A DNA stretch of 63,599 nt, the filler included, from Pelomyxa schiedti (lineage: Eukaryota > Protista > Evosea): NCBI GenBank assembly GCA_020536535.1. It is 9 parts of 9 records of this genome, joined end to end, with 100 filler letters (N's around TTAATTAATTAA, not from the genome) between each part and the next. Parts side by side here need not be neighbours in the genome. Positions count along the whole stretch, not along the records: positions 13,860 to 42,676 come from JAHLWZ010001015.1; 8 more parts are not named here. One strand, 5' to 3'. A model generated the notes under the pieces. That model did no database searches. It saw only the letters and a list, made by a program, of their open reading frames with translations, and was not told the DNA's origin. Below, piece after piece: positions 20,043 through 31,929 of the stretch. Both the position numbers and the translations under genes were made by a program. Each line of letters begins with the position of its first letter. The stretch's first letter is position 1.

Positions 20043-22567
20043 ATGGCCAGCAGGGGTGGCATTGCCCTGACTACGACAACTACGACTACTACGACCACGA
20101 TTATGACGGATACTGGATCTACGAAGGGATCTACGAAACAGCCTGCTGTGTCAGTCACCAACACCAACAGTGCAGCGGCGAAAGCGTCGCCGTGTTGCTC
20201 GAGCCAAGTTACGAGCACTGTGGTCAGCAAAAGCGCCGCACCAGCGACGCCTCCGCTGAAATGTGACACAGAACTTCCTGTATTACCTCTAAACCCCACG
20301 CCGACTGTGACAGAGGTGAACTTTCCATTTGCGACTGTGGCCAGCAATGGGAATGGTACGAAACCTCATGCTTTGACTTCGAGCGGTCCTTGCTGCGCTG
20401 GTACGCCACCAGGCACCCCGCCGCGAACTCCACCACTCTCTGCTTCTTCTTGTTTAGAGGAATCAAAAAAGTAGGTCACGCAAGCATATGCTTTTTCTGA
20501 AGGTAACACCTCCACAGACTGGATCGCGCCAATAACGAACCCTTTCCCTCGAAATTTAATTTATCCCCACAGGAGACACTACTCTATGGTATAGTGAGTT
20601 CCTCAACTATTTCTTTTAACAAAAAGCCATCACAGAAACATTTTGTGGCTTGTACAAAGTCATTCCAATACATGGTAGAATGTACCTATCCCAGCAGCAC
20701 ATTTGCTTTTACTGTAAGTTATTTGGCACTGAAACCAAGGTGCCACTTTTCTGTATCCTACTCGCTTTTCTCACTTGGACCAGGAAGAGATTAATTTTAG
20801 AGACGTCATAAGCTTGACGAAAAAAATAAAACCTGTATTTCTACCAGGAATCGAGATTGTTACACAGAACAATGTGGTGAGTTAATGAGTAACGATTCAC
20901 ATTTCCCTGAACTGTGCGCAGTATTTCTTTTGTTCTTTCGTTTCTCGCGACAAAGCTTTTCAAAAAATAACTGAACTGTGGGAAGCTACTTCTGCTGCAA
21001 TTACTGCCACAGAATACGCTGCAGGATTGGCACACCCACCGGTAGAACCAGAAACAACCACAGTCACACAGGTTTCATCACCCACTGATTCGGAGAAGCC
21101 ATCTCCACAGCCGGTTGTAGAAACTTCTGCATCTCCCCTTCAAATGGAGTCCACTCCCGCAAGAAAAGAGGACACATCTCCCCCAAGAACAGAAGAACCA
21201 GCAACCTCTTCACAGTTATGTGAAACACTTCCCATTGTATGCCCCTTGAGTTTTTCTGTCCATCCTTATCCCTAATTAAGGATACTGAATTAGACGAAGA
21301 TTCTTCCCACAGAGCCGAAGCCTTCTTAGGTAAACTCTTTCACCATAGTGTGATTCGGTCTCACCTATCTCAGCATGCCAGTTAACCGAACTTCTTCGCT
21401 GCGACTTTCCAATCCCTGTGAAGACGTTTTTCGAATATTTCTACTCCTCTTCCACCAGTTTCACATCGCTCTTTCACAGTGACCATGGCGACAAAGGTGC
21501 CACGGGAAATTCCTATGCCTCTTTTTTTTTTTAACACTAAAAGATCTCGTTGTTACGGACTGGGCTGTTCACCCTACCTATGGCATTGTAAGAGAAAAAA
21601 GATGTATGATACCGTTGTAACTCTTTTCCCACTTGGCTCAATTAGTTTTAGATCAAGTCCCTGTTGTTGCCCCAATTGGTACTTTCCCTTCGGCATGATG
21701 GACTCCCACCTAACCTTTGTTTCCCAGGTCCAAACACTTCTCGTGTTGTGGAGACTCAGAGTTATTACAACAAAAATTCTAGCAAGTAATTTACATTGAA
21801 AATAACCATATTTAATTCTCATTAGGCAGTTAGTAGTGCAAACAATTTCTGTTATGCTAGATATCCCATATGGTGATTATTTTAGAATCGAGGCCAAATG
21901 GGAGGTATTTTGGGTTAGACTGGTGTGCCACATCATTAAACCAAATGTGTAGGTAACACCCCGCGATACTGGTTGCACACTAGTCGTCAGCTCAGGCGTG
22001 AACTTCAGCAAAAGGACGTTGATGAAGGGTTTGTTTCCCGCGACACAAACATATGCTTAGTGGCAGCTAGGAACCATTCTATCAAGTGCAATGAAACAGA
22101 CCAGAGAGTCATACAACCGTTGGGTTATACTGGCTAAAGAGTTTTTAGAGCACCAGAATGCCCGCGCATCACCCCCAGTCCCAGTCCTACAACCACAGCC
22201 TCAACACCCACAACTCAATCAAGAAGCACAGCTGCAACAGCCACAACCTCAAATTACAGCTGCAGCTCCACCTCAACCGGAGCCGCAACTGCAACAGCTG
22301 CAGCCGCAAGTCCAACCTATAGAGCAAGCAGAGAGACAACCCCAATACACATCAACCACAACTTCATCCTCACACGAAACAACCAATGCCGAGTCACAAC
22401 AACTCCACAAACCACACCAAGAAGCCACAACACTCCTCACGAGTCCTTCGAAGTCACCAATCGTCATCCTCATCCTCATTGCCATCATTATCTACCTCAT
22501 CCTCAAACTTCGTAATGTAGAAAGCAGGATCGACGCTCTTGAGAACCTGTTTCTTGACAAGTTTTGA
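20043..22567 (+). CDS. GRAM-VASt (Lam/Aster/GRAMD1-like) sterol transfer protein with C-terminal TM helix; multi-exon
   Basis: GRAM IHGRMYLSQQHICFY; VASt DIPYGDYFRIEAKWE...SSGVNFSKRTLMKG; TM PIVILILIAIIIYLIL followed by a short coiled coil. Confidence 0.85.
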
Positions 22568-22689
22568 TTCTTCTGACTCTAAATAAAAAAGAAAGCAGTA
22601 AATACAATTTTTAAAACATGTAATCTCTTTACGTTTTTCTCTTGAATCCACAGAGGGGTTATTTTGTAGGGTGCATTTTACCACCCTGA

Positions 22690-25521
22690 TGTTGTTGAGG
22701 TTGTTTTGTGCCTATGGGGTGTTGAGGGCACACCGGAAATGGCTTCAAGGTGTTGGTTCTGCAGAGTATCAAGGGATTCAAGGTGGCGTGCAATTGCATT
22801 GAGTGTGTGCTGGGTTCGTGCCGGTGATGGTGATTGTTGGTGTTGCTGGTGCCGGGGTGTTGTGGTGCTGTACGGGGGTTCGCGGTGAGAGGCGGGTGAT
22901 GTGTGAGCCTTGCGCGGCGATGATGAGTGCTGTGCTTTGGTTGCTGGAGTTATGGGTGTGTGTAGGGTGCGGACTGTAAGGGGTTCTGAGGATAAGCCCT
23001 GCAGCTTCTTTGCGTAGTGTTGGCACTTCCTCTCTAGTTGTTTGTTTTCCTGGGGTCACAGTGAGTTTTTTGGAGGTAATTGCTGGTGGAAGGAATTACT
23101 AGTGCAAGTTGTTCTAGTTGCTGACTTAATACAGCCACTTTTTCCGCCTCAGCATTATACATTGCCTCGAATTGTTCCAGGGTGTGTAGTTTGGAATGTT
23201 CAGCTCGCAACTCTGATTCGAGCCACTCCAAATTGGAATCCATGTGCGCTTTGGATTCACTGGATACAGCAAAAAGATTCATGAGAAAAAAGTAGGTGAG
23301 AGGGTACAGGTGTTGCCTACAGCAAGCCTTGCTCTCGACGGGTGGATTCTTGAAGTTGGTTATGGTATGTCCTGGAAATGTAATTAAAAAAACCAGGAGG
23401 AATGCAGGTGCTTACAAGTTTTCATTTACAATCCCGTTGAGCATCTGCGTCTTATAGTCCAAATCTTTCTCCATACTAGTTGCATGTTCTTGCCACTCTT
23501 CTAACTATTGAAGATTTACTCACAACCGATGTAAGAGTAAGGTTACTCGTTGTTCAGTCTTAATTTTTTCTGTACTAGTTGCTTCAAGTCTATTTTTGAC
23601 TGCTTTCAGTTCCTAATAAAAATGAGTAAAAGTCCCCTGGACAACAGGTCTTACTTCTCTCAATTTTGTAACCTCAGTTACGTGAAGTGCATTCATTTCC
23701 ATTTTTTCTTGCTCTCCCTGAAGAATTTTATGTTCCAACAGATGCACTTCCGCCTGCAGTTTTGTTACACGATCTGCATCTTCGGCTCTTGCTGTTCGAA
23801 CACGACTCGTGGAATCTTGTTCGAAGGCTAAGAGTTGAGCATTTAAAAGCTGTTCTTTTTTGACTTCATCTTGATATCTTCTACATAGGGTATGTTGATT
23901 AAATTTGTTAAGGGAAAAAAAGAGATTACTGTCGAGATTCATCAAGTTGCTTCAAAAGTGATGCTTTATCCTTCTTCCATCGATTTCTTTCTTCAGAGTA
24001 TTGTCGCTTGAGAGTGTTCAGTTCTAATCTGTTGAGTTATTCTTCTTTTTATAAATACTCCCAGAAAGAACACAAGAAAGAAGAAAAGAGGATATAAAAA
24101 AATAGAGTGAGAGATAAAGATTACTCTGAAGCCTGTAGGCTACTTGTCATCTGAGTCTTGTTGTGGTGTTGCTGTTGTTCTAGAGATGCTATTTGGGCAG
24201 CAGAACGTTCTCTGAAAGCATGAGCATCGTCAAGTTCTCTCTGAAGCTGGCTTACCTTTGAAAGTCTATTACAAAAGGAAACATCGGCCAGACAAGAAGA
24301 AACCTTGTGTTCAAGTGTCTCTTTTTCTACTTGAAAAGCCTTGGCAACTGCCCTCTCTTCCACTATTTGCCTTGCATGAAGCCGTTCAGTGTGTTCTCTT
24401 TCGTGTTGCAGTTTTTCGGCCCGAGCTCTTGAGTGTTTTTAAGCTAACTGATGGTATTTTCAGGAACTTACACATGTTCTTCAATTTCATTTAGGAGTTC
24501 TTTTTGCCTCTGCTGTAAATCAGTATTTTCCTTTCCTAGAAGTACCATTTTGGAATCATTCTTTTGATACTCCTCTTTTGTCTCTTTTAGTTCATTTCAA
24601 ATGGAACTATTTAAGAACCGATGCAGCTTTGCATGCTAGAGATTCGGTTGCGAAGTTCTTGCTCGGTACTGTTTTTCGTGGTTTGAGTTGATTCGTGTTT
24701 GCGTAATTCCATTCTCTATAAATATTGTTATACAACCATGGTAACTCTTGGGGTTACCATGTGTTCAACTTCAGTTTTTGCTAACTCACATTCTCGTTTT
24801 AAGGAGAAGCAAGTAGATTTATATTTTTCCAGTGCCTTCATAGCATTAGGAAGAATGGAGAGAGCAATGGAGAGTTACTTCTTCTAAACTGCGACATTTC
24901 TCTTGATGGGGCTGCTCCAGTTCTTGGAGCAGCTTCAATCGGAGTCTTTCTATCTCTCTACGAAAAGGTAACCATCTTGAAAGTGAGAAAATTGAAAGAA
25001 ACCTGGATGGGATTGTGGCTTCTTTGAATTCATCCAACTCCCTGCATTTAGCCTCCAGTTGTGACTGGAGTGATTCACATATTTCGTGATGTGTCTGCTC
25101 AACCCTCCTCTGTTGTTATATCAGAATAGTGTAAACAACTTTTTTATTTCTTTGTTTTTGTTTGTACACCAACTACATGTAGACGAAAGTGTAGAGCGGG
25201 AAAACAAAACAAAACAAAACAAAACAAAACGCACCTTCGCTTCAACGGCCTCGGCGGCTGTTTTTTTTGCATCACCAAGTTGGGTCTTGAGCTGGACATT
25301 CGCGGCCTTGAGCTGCTCAAAGTTGTAGGAGAACTGCTCGTTGTCGGCCCTCAGCCTCTCAATCACCCCCATCGCGTCGGCCATCTGCCTGCTCACCTCC
25401 CGCGACACCGTGCCCCCACCCCCGCCGAGCCCACCGGCGTCGGCTACGTGGTCGGCCCCAAGTTGGTCCAGCAGCTCCGACAGGCCCCCTGCGCCGCCGA
25501 CGTCGCACCCGCCGTCCATCA
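22690..25521 (-). CDS. Long coiled-coil protein, CEP83/CCDC41-like (basal-body distal appendage); multi-exon, 3' end approximate
   Basis: IERLRADNEQFSYNFEQLKAAN and REIERLRLKLLQELEQPHQEKCRSLEE..EKYK resemble the CEP83 N-terminal blocks as I recall them. Confidence 0.55.
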
Positions 25522-26421
25522 TTTTCTTCGCCGCGTTGTTGTTGTTGTGGGTGGTTGTTGCTTGATAATTTTTGCTTGGTACGAAAACCACGATCGTGGT
25601 TCGCTGAAAAAGAGTTTCTTCTTCATACCATACACTCTGGTGTGGTGTGGTTGTTGCTTGTGCTGGTTTGGTTCTAAGGCAGATAACGAGGTAAATCATG
25701 CCGATTCTGTGGTTGTCTGCTGGAGTCGTTTACCCCGTGAAAGTAGACACACTGCAAGGCTATTGCATACCTCCAGAGTAGAAAAAGAAATGACAGATTG
25801 GTACATGGAGATAGGTAACTTGGGAGTGAGTCATTTAGTACTTCAAACAAACTTCAGCTGACAAATAACGGTCACCAAAGTAAAGTAACAGCGCATTCTA
25901 TAATAGTTAAGCAGAAACGTGCATACTGAGAGAGATACATTTGTGTAAACGCCCTGAAGAAAGAACATTACAACTGTCTGAAGCTGATGATGGAATCTCC
26001 CTTGGAGTCATGTAGTACGGGAAGATAGAATGCAATTTCAAAATGGTCACAGTGCTATCACTGTGGAGTACCCACAAATGGAACCGCTTCCTGGTAAGTT
26101 GACCAACTCTGACTGATTAAGTCACCTATATTTTGTGTTAAGTAATCTGATAGAACAGGTCCGGGAGTTCGGTTTCCTATTAGAATGTACTATCAACAGC
26201 GAAAAGTGACAAATGCAACAAAATGCTCTTGCAAAGTGGTTCTCTCCCTGTGATACAGTATATCTTACTGTATTCTGAAAGAAGTTACAGTCTGTTCTCA
26301 AAGTAAGAAAAGAGAATACTAGAATCACGTGTATGGTGGGGAGTGGGAAAAAAACGTGGAAAACAAAGGGGAAAAAAAAAACCACTTTCAACGTTGTGTT
26401 GTAGTTTTCACCGAACACTGA

Positions 26422-26567
26422 GATCTGGGATCTCCTGCAAAAAGTGTGTTTTAAATCTGAAAAAACAGTGGAAACTGACATTGAAATGCTCGGGTTTTTG
26501 TCAAGGGAAAAAACGTCAATAATACAAAACAAGGAGGGTCGGTGCTCGTTGCAGGAGATCCCAGATC
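26422..26567. repeat. Perfect 19-bp inverted repeat (26422-26440 / 26549-26567), 108-bp spacer
   Basis: gatctgggatctcctgcaa / ttgcaggagatcccagatc. Confidence 0.9.
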
Positions 26568-26590
26568 CACTTTTTCACTAGCTCGAGACG

Positions 26591-27830
26591 ATGCGCCGTG
26601 GCAGCTTGGACGTGCCTCGTGAGGGAGTGGGGCGTCGCAGGCACGACGCTGCCCGACGCCGACGCCGTGCGGAGGTCTGTGCACTGCTTCGTTGGAGTAC
26701 CACACAGAGTGGGCACTGGCACTTTTCTCGGCTGGTCCGTGAATCAGTTGGAACTGGCTCCAGGACGGCCTGGTCTCGCTCGTGGCCGCCTTTGGCACGC
26801 GGTCCGCCACCAGCATTCCGTAGCTCTCTACGACAGACTTGGCGTCGGCTACGAGCTCGCGGCAAGATGCTGACTCGAGCTACGGAATGCTGGTGGCGGA
26901 CCGCGTGCCAAAGGCGGCCACGAGCGAGACCAGGCCGTCCTGGAGCCAGTTCCAACTGAGTCACGGACCAGCCGAGAAAAGTGCCAGTGCCCACCACGTC
27001 GAGAGTGCTGCCTCCTCATCGGCTCCTTCTACAGCGACATCATCATCCGCTTCAGCCATTTGTGTTCAGTGCGGAAAGGCACATAACACAACAAAAATCC
27101 CAAGGCGCCTATGTGTGCCACACCCCATGACAAAGGCAATGCTGTGCGATGCTTTTCGCGCAGCTGGGGTTGAGGTAACGAAACATTTATTTAAATCAAA
27201 AACTTGCATTCGGCTAATTGTATTCTACAACAACCCTGCAGGTTCACTACGCCGTGAGCTGCTTGGCTTCCGGAGAAGCAGCTTTTTTAGCAATTGAAAG
27301 GGGCATTCCGATCCTATCGATTTCGCCCAATGTTCTGTTTTTTGATGGACCCTGTTCTTGCCACACAATTTGATATGTTGAAGCCCTGTCAAGGCCTGGT
27401 ATTGGTGCTGTCCTGAACATTTAACATCCTCCCCCACAGAAGCTGTTCCACTCTTTTGGAGCTTATGTGTCAGTCACATTTTTAGTGGTGCTACATTATC
27501 AATGCCCAGGGGAGCAGGAGTCAGTGAAGTTGTAACCCCCCCTTTTGAAAGTTCTGCATCAGATTGTCCCAACCAGGGCTGTGTGGTGTCACTTGCTGGT
27601 ACAAACCTGTTGGCATCTCCATGTGGTACTAAGTTAAAATAGGCCTCTGTGTTCTGGAGGAGCAGATACAAGCTGCCCTGGAGAAGGTTACTTCATTAGA
27701 AGAAGTGATGATGGAACTCCACCTGGAACAATCAGTTTCAGATTTGCTTACAAATGAAAAAGGTACTATCATTCCTGTGGGTTTTATTGCTGTCCAGCTA
27801 TTGGATGTTGGTAAGATACAGTTCCAATAG
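26591..27830 (+). pseudogene. Decayed asteroid/XPG-like PIN-domain gene disrupted by two fold-back duplications
   Basis: Spliced segment MLCDAFRAAGVE|VHYAVSCLASGEAAFLAIERGIPILSISPNVLFFD resembles the XPG-I EAD..A...VLS.DSD block with the acidic residues lost; retains a GT-AG intron at about 27175-27241; stops and frameshifts. Confidence 0.4.
26709..26994. repeat. Long inverted repeat: 118-bp arms (26709-26826 / 26877-26994), 1 mismatch, 50-bp loop
   Basis: Arms are reverse complements by eye; the ORF track shows the same peptide MLVADRVPKAATSETRPSWSQFQL on both strands. Confidence 0.97.
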
Positions 27831-27930
27831 CTGGACAGCAATAAAACCCACAGCAATGATAGCACCTTTTTCATTAGCAAGCAAATCTGAAACTGATTGT
27901 TCCAGGTGGAGTTCCATCATCACTTCTTCT
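27698..27930. repeat. Long inverted repeat: 108-bp arms (27698-27805 / 27823-27930), 4 mismatches, 17-bp loop
   Basis: agaagaagtgatgatggaactccacctgg...ctattgga / tccaatag...ccatcatcacttcttct. Confidence 0.97.
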
Positions 27931-28459
27931 TTAAGATGTAGGGTTCAATTCCCACCATGGCCCAAAAAAATCTCACATTTTTTTTCTCCCAGCAGTATGT
28001 CACTCATGGCTGTTTCCAACAAACAAGGTGCAATGCCAGCCTGTGCCTTTTGGGGGGAGCAGTGAATGCTGGCCCAGAGGAATTTTTTTTGTGCCCAATT
28101 TTGGAACGCGAGCTTGCATCAAATCATCCATCTGCAGAAACAATATTCCTCCTTCGTACGTGCTTGACGTGATGATGTTAGTTGCCTGCGCTGTTGTTCT
28201 TCAAGTCTCCAACATGAAATTCCATTTTGTGGGAAAAATCACTGGGGGTACTGTGCTTGCAATGCAGAGGGAAAAGTCTGTGAGCAAGGCCACAAGCAAC
28301 GCCAACAACGTAGCTTGGGCGCGTAACGTACTTGTAGCGCAGATTGGTGAGGGCTGTTGCACGTCAAAGGAAAAAACTGACGAGGTTTGGGTAACGACAA
28401 CACGCCGGATTCAGCAAGAAAAATGACGCCGTTTGATGCCTTTTTACGCCCTACTTTCA

Positions 28460-28902
28460 ATGCCGCAGGTGTGCTCTTCCTTGACCGCCGGGTTATGTGC
28501 CACAAGTCTTGCTACGCCCTCAGAAAACGATCCCATTCCCGCCACTGAACAACAGCCGGAAGCTACGCATGTCACGTTGGAAGTTGGACCCCAGCCTCAA
28601 CGTCGCCGCACACATAGGACGTCTTTGACCAAGCAATGCCTTACGCCGCTTCGCGCTTGGGCATTGGAGCACGTTGAGTATGTGTAATTTGTAGCCATCC
28701 TATTTCTCACACGAGATTTTAGTAACCTCTACCCAACCAAGGAAGACAAGGCATATCTCGCTATGATGTCGGGCCTCACGGAAAAACAAGTACACAATTG
28801 GTACAGCAACCTCAGGAAGGTTTGCACTGAAAACACAAAAAAAAGTGTCACTTATTCACATAATAGAGAGTGATCAGACCTTTGCAGAATGAACTTTCCT
28901 AG
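28460..28902 (+). CDS. Small TALE-class (Homeobox_KN) homeodomain protein; 2 introns; start approximate
   Basis: RTSLTKQCLTPLRAWALEHVE|NLYPTKEDKAYLAMMSGLTEKQVHNWYSNLRK|RVIRP. Confidence 0.85.
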
Positions 28903-28979
28903 TACAAAACCACCACCTACTACGCCAAGTAAAGCCAAGTGAAGAGAATTGATTCCAAAGAACCCACACTCTTCTTTTT

Positions 28980-30330
28980 TTAACGTTTAGCAAGGGCAGT
29001 AGCACAAGGCATCCCAGATACAGGCTGCTGGTTGCTGTAGTCAATGTCTATGTCATAGTACAACCCATTGCTGTTCCATGATGCATCGTTTGACAGAGTA
29101 AATATAGTCCATCCAGCTATCCTTTTATCACCACTGCGGTAAGCATTCACAAAATAGTTGCCCTTTGTGCCCCAGGAATCTGGGGAGTTAATGCCACACT
29201 CTGATACCCATATACTCTATTTTTGGTTGTTATGTTAGTTTTTCCGCGTGGAGTGTAAAATATAAACCTTTCCAGAGGGCAAGTGAGACAAAGCTTGGTT
29301 TGTTGGCCACATGGGGTCAGCTCCATCACTTTGGTCAAGTGACCAGTATCCATAGGCATGAGTACCAAGTCCATCATACTAAAGGAATGTAAGAAAGGTT
29401 GGAGAGAGTAATGCTGATGGGTACGTAGGATTGCACTGAGCCGTCTGCGTCAGTGGTATATATTACATCGGTATATGATTGTCCTGGGTAATTGGAATTT
29501 CCAGTCTTTCACAAGTTAGTGAAGTTAGAAAGCTCCATAACGAGAGAACCTTTGTTGGCATGCTAGCAATCCATTGGAGATTAGATAAGTATCTAAAAGA
29601 TGGGATGCAGTTCTAAGACATTTGAACATTTCTTTCCGGTGAAGATGATCTTACCTTTGCAGTATCCAGGTAGTTCCATCGGGCAATCCACGGGTCAAGA
29701 CCATTGAGATCAGGTTCATTACCAACCTCGATAATGAACTATACAAGATGAGAAAGTTACATTACTCTTGGCGCCAACCTGTGTAGTGCTGTGAGATGCA
29801 ATGTAGGAAACAAGTGTCTGCCCATTTGAGAATGTCATCTCATTTACGAAATGCCATATTTGACTGGAAGCGGTCTTAGTATCTGCACTGCGGAAAATGA
29901 TAACCTGTAATTATTTAGCGGGAAAAATACAAAGGAAAATCTCACCTTTGCTCCCAGACTGTAGATAGCCGTGTCAACGTGTTGATAGGGAACATCGAAT
30001 GTTGAAGGCCAGCCCCACTCGTTATCATAGGACAGCTAAATGGGGAAATTAGAAAGCACGCCCAACTTGGTGCCAGCGCAACCTGGAACTTCACAACGTC
30101 AGCTCGCATCTGTACCATTTCTGTTCAAAAAAAAAACTGTTGTTAGGTACATGTTAAACACATAACAACAAGGTTTGTTTTGTGCGACGAAGGAAAAACA
30201 AACAACCAGGGTACTCAAAGTCGTAGAACTTGGGCTCATCGCGAATGATGCACACTCCCAGGTATGTGCTTGACACATACGAAACCACCAACGACAACAG
30301 GAGCACTACCCCTCTCAAAGATCCGTTCAT
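28980..30330 (-). CDS. Secreted clan GH-A glycoside hydrolase (family unresolved); about 8 introns
   Basis: Signal peptide MNGSLRGVVLLLSLVVSYVSS; acid/base motif IIEVGNEPD; GTHAY; nucleophile motif IWVSECG. Confidence 0.75.
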
Positions 30331-30460
30331 TCGGGTCCCTTTATCAGATTAAAATCAGTGAAGTGTTTTGTGCCTTTGTGCCAAACGAAGTAATAATGTT
30401 TGATCGTCAAGCCTTAATTTGGGCCTATCTCCACAGTTGCAACTCAAAACAGAAATGGGA

Positions 30461-31826
30461 TTAGCTCTTGAAGATCAGCTTGGCAACGTGAAAAGGAAGT
30501 AGTATCGGGGCCAAAGTGACACCTAAGCTTGTGTACAGAATAACCTTTGCTGATTTGGAAGCTTGCTTTGTCCATGTGAAGGTGTCATCAGAAAGGCTGT
30601 GGTAGGTGATAGCCACACAGGGGTGCGATACAATAACACCGTTCCCACAGCAAGACCATGCCTTGGGAATGTTTGTATGTGCGGATATTGAGGAACTTAC
30701 CATAAAGGGGAGACCAAACATGTCGAATTTTCTTGTATGCTTGCCTGTGTGTCCTCTGCATGTCATAGTATTTTGCACCGGCACAAATTTTGCTCCACAT
30801 CCTGGTTTTGAACAGGTGGCTGGCAGTGTGAGCTGCATACGTAAAAAAAAAGGCTATTTGATGTATCATAAGACTTACTCCAAAGAATTGCTTCAGATTT
30901 TCAACTAGCTCAAGGTGTTGGTCATCAAAACCTTGCTGAAGGAGAAGATTTTTCCAGAGAGCCGGCCTATTAGCTAGCTAAAAAAAGTGAGTTAAGTTAA
31001 TGAGAGAAGGAAAAACCTCATAAAAAAGTTTGGAAACTTGAGATAACTTACAAAGAGCCCTCCAATCTAATTTCGAAAATATATACAGTAATAAATTTGT
31101 TGGTACATCCATTAATGTCAGACTTGGAGGAATCACCACCCAGGAACCCCCCAAGGTGAGCTTAGTGTAAGAGTCTCTAGTTGGTTTGGGATTGGGTGCG
31201 GTGGCAATAATTGGTGTGTCTTTCCGTGCCGGCATGCAGACACGGGAAGGCATGGAAGGTGAATTGTCAGGAAAGATTGAATTTCTCTCCTTCAATATGT
31301 CTTCAGGGTTTTCTTCCTGTGTGTAATCATCAATCAATGCAGCACCAGTGAGTCCAGTTAGATTTCCTATTACATTTTGGTCGTTGTCATCTTGTACGAT
31401 AACTACTCTGCTCCTGCATAGAGGCGCCAACAGCGGAAGTCCTTGTGTGGTTGTATTCCCAGTCCGGTGGTCAACAATTGTGGGACTAGCAACAATCGAC
31501 GGCGCCCTGGGGAGAGACACAAACGGCGTGCAAGCCTGCGCGTGAAGTTCAGCCGCACACTGCAAGTGTGCCGCTGCGCCACAAACTGTGCATCTGACAT
31601 AAGATCCACCAGGAGCAGACGAAGCGGAAGAACGAGTGTCCCTCACCAACACGGCACCAACGCTATTGCTGTCGCTACTTTGTGTCAATGGCGTCCACTG
31701 AGATTCGACCGGCGTGTTTCGCGGCTCACTGTAGATTATGATACGGTGGCATGTAGCACATAGATCTGTGTCTCGTTCATTTAAATTTACTTGTTCCAAT
31801 TGGTGGTGTGGCATCAAATGACACAT
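30461..31826 (-). CDS. C1 zinc finger + F-box + CHORD-like zinc finger protein; 2 introns; start approximate
   Basis: H..LCATCHRII...VRCTVCGAAAHLQC...C; F-box LMDVPTNLLLYIFSKLDWRALCKLSQVSKLFYE|LANRPALW; TCSKPGCGAKF..N..CRGHTG...WSCCG..PC..H. Confidence 0.75.
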
Positions 31827-31929
31827 TGACACATTAGCAGGGCAACCGATGCTACGAGTAACTCTTAACTTGTTTTGACGAATTTTCGAAGAAAAGTATT
31901 TTTTTTCAAAACAACTCGTTGGGAGGACA

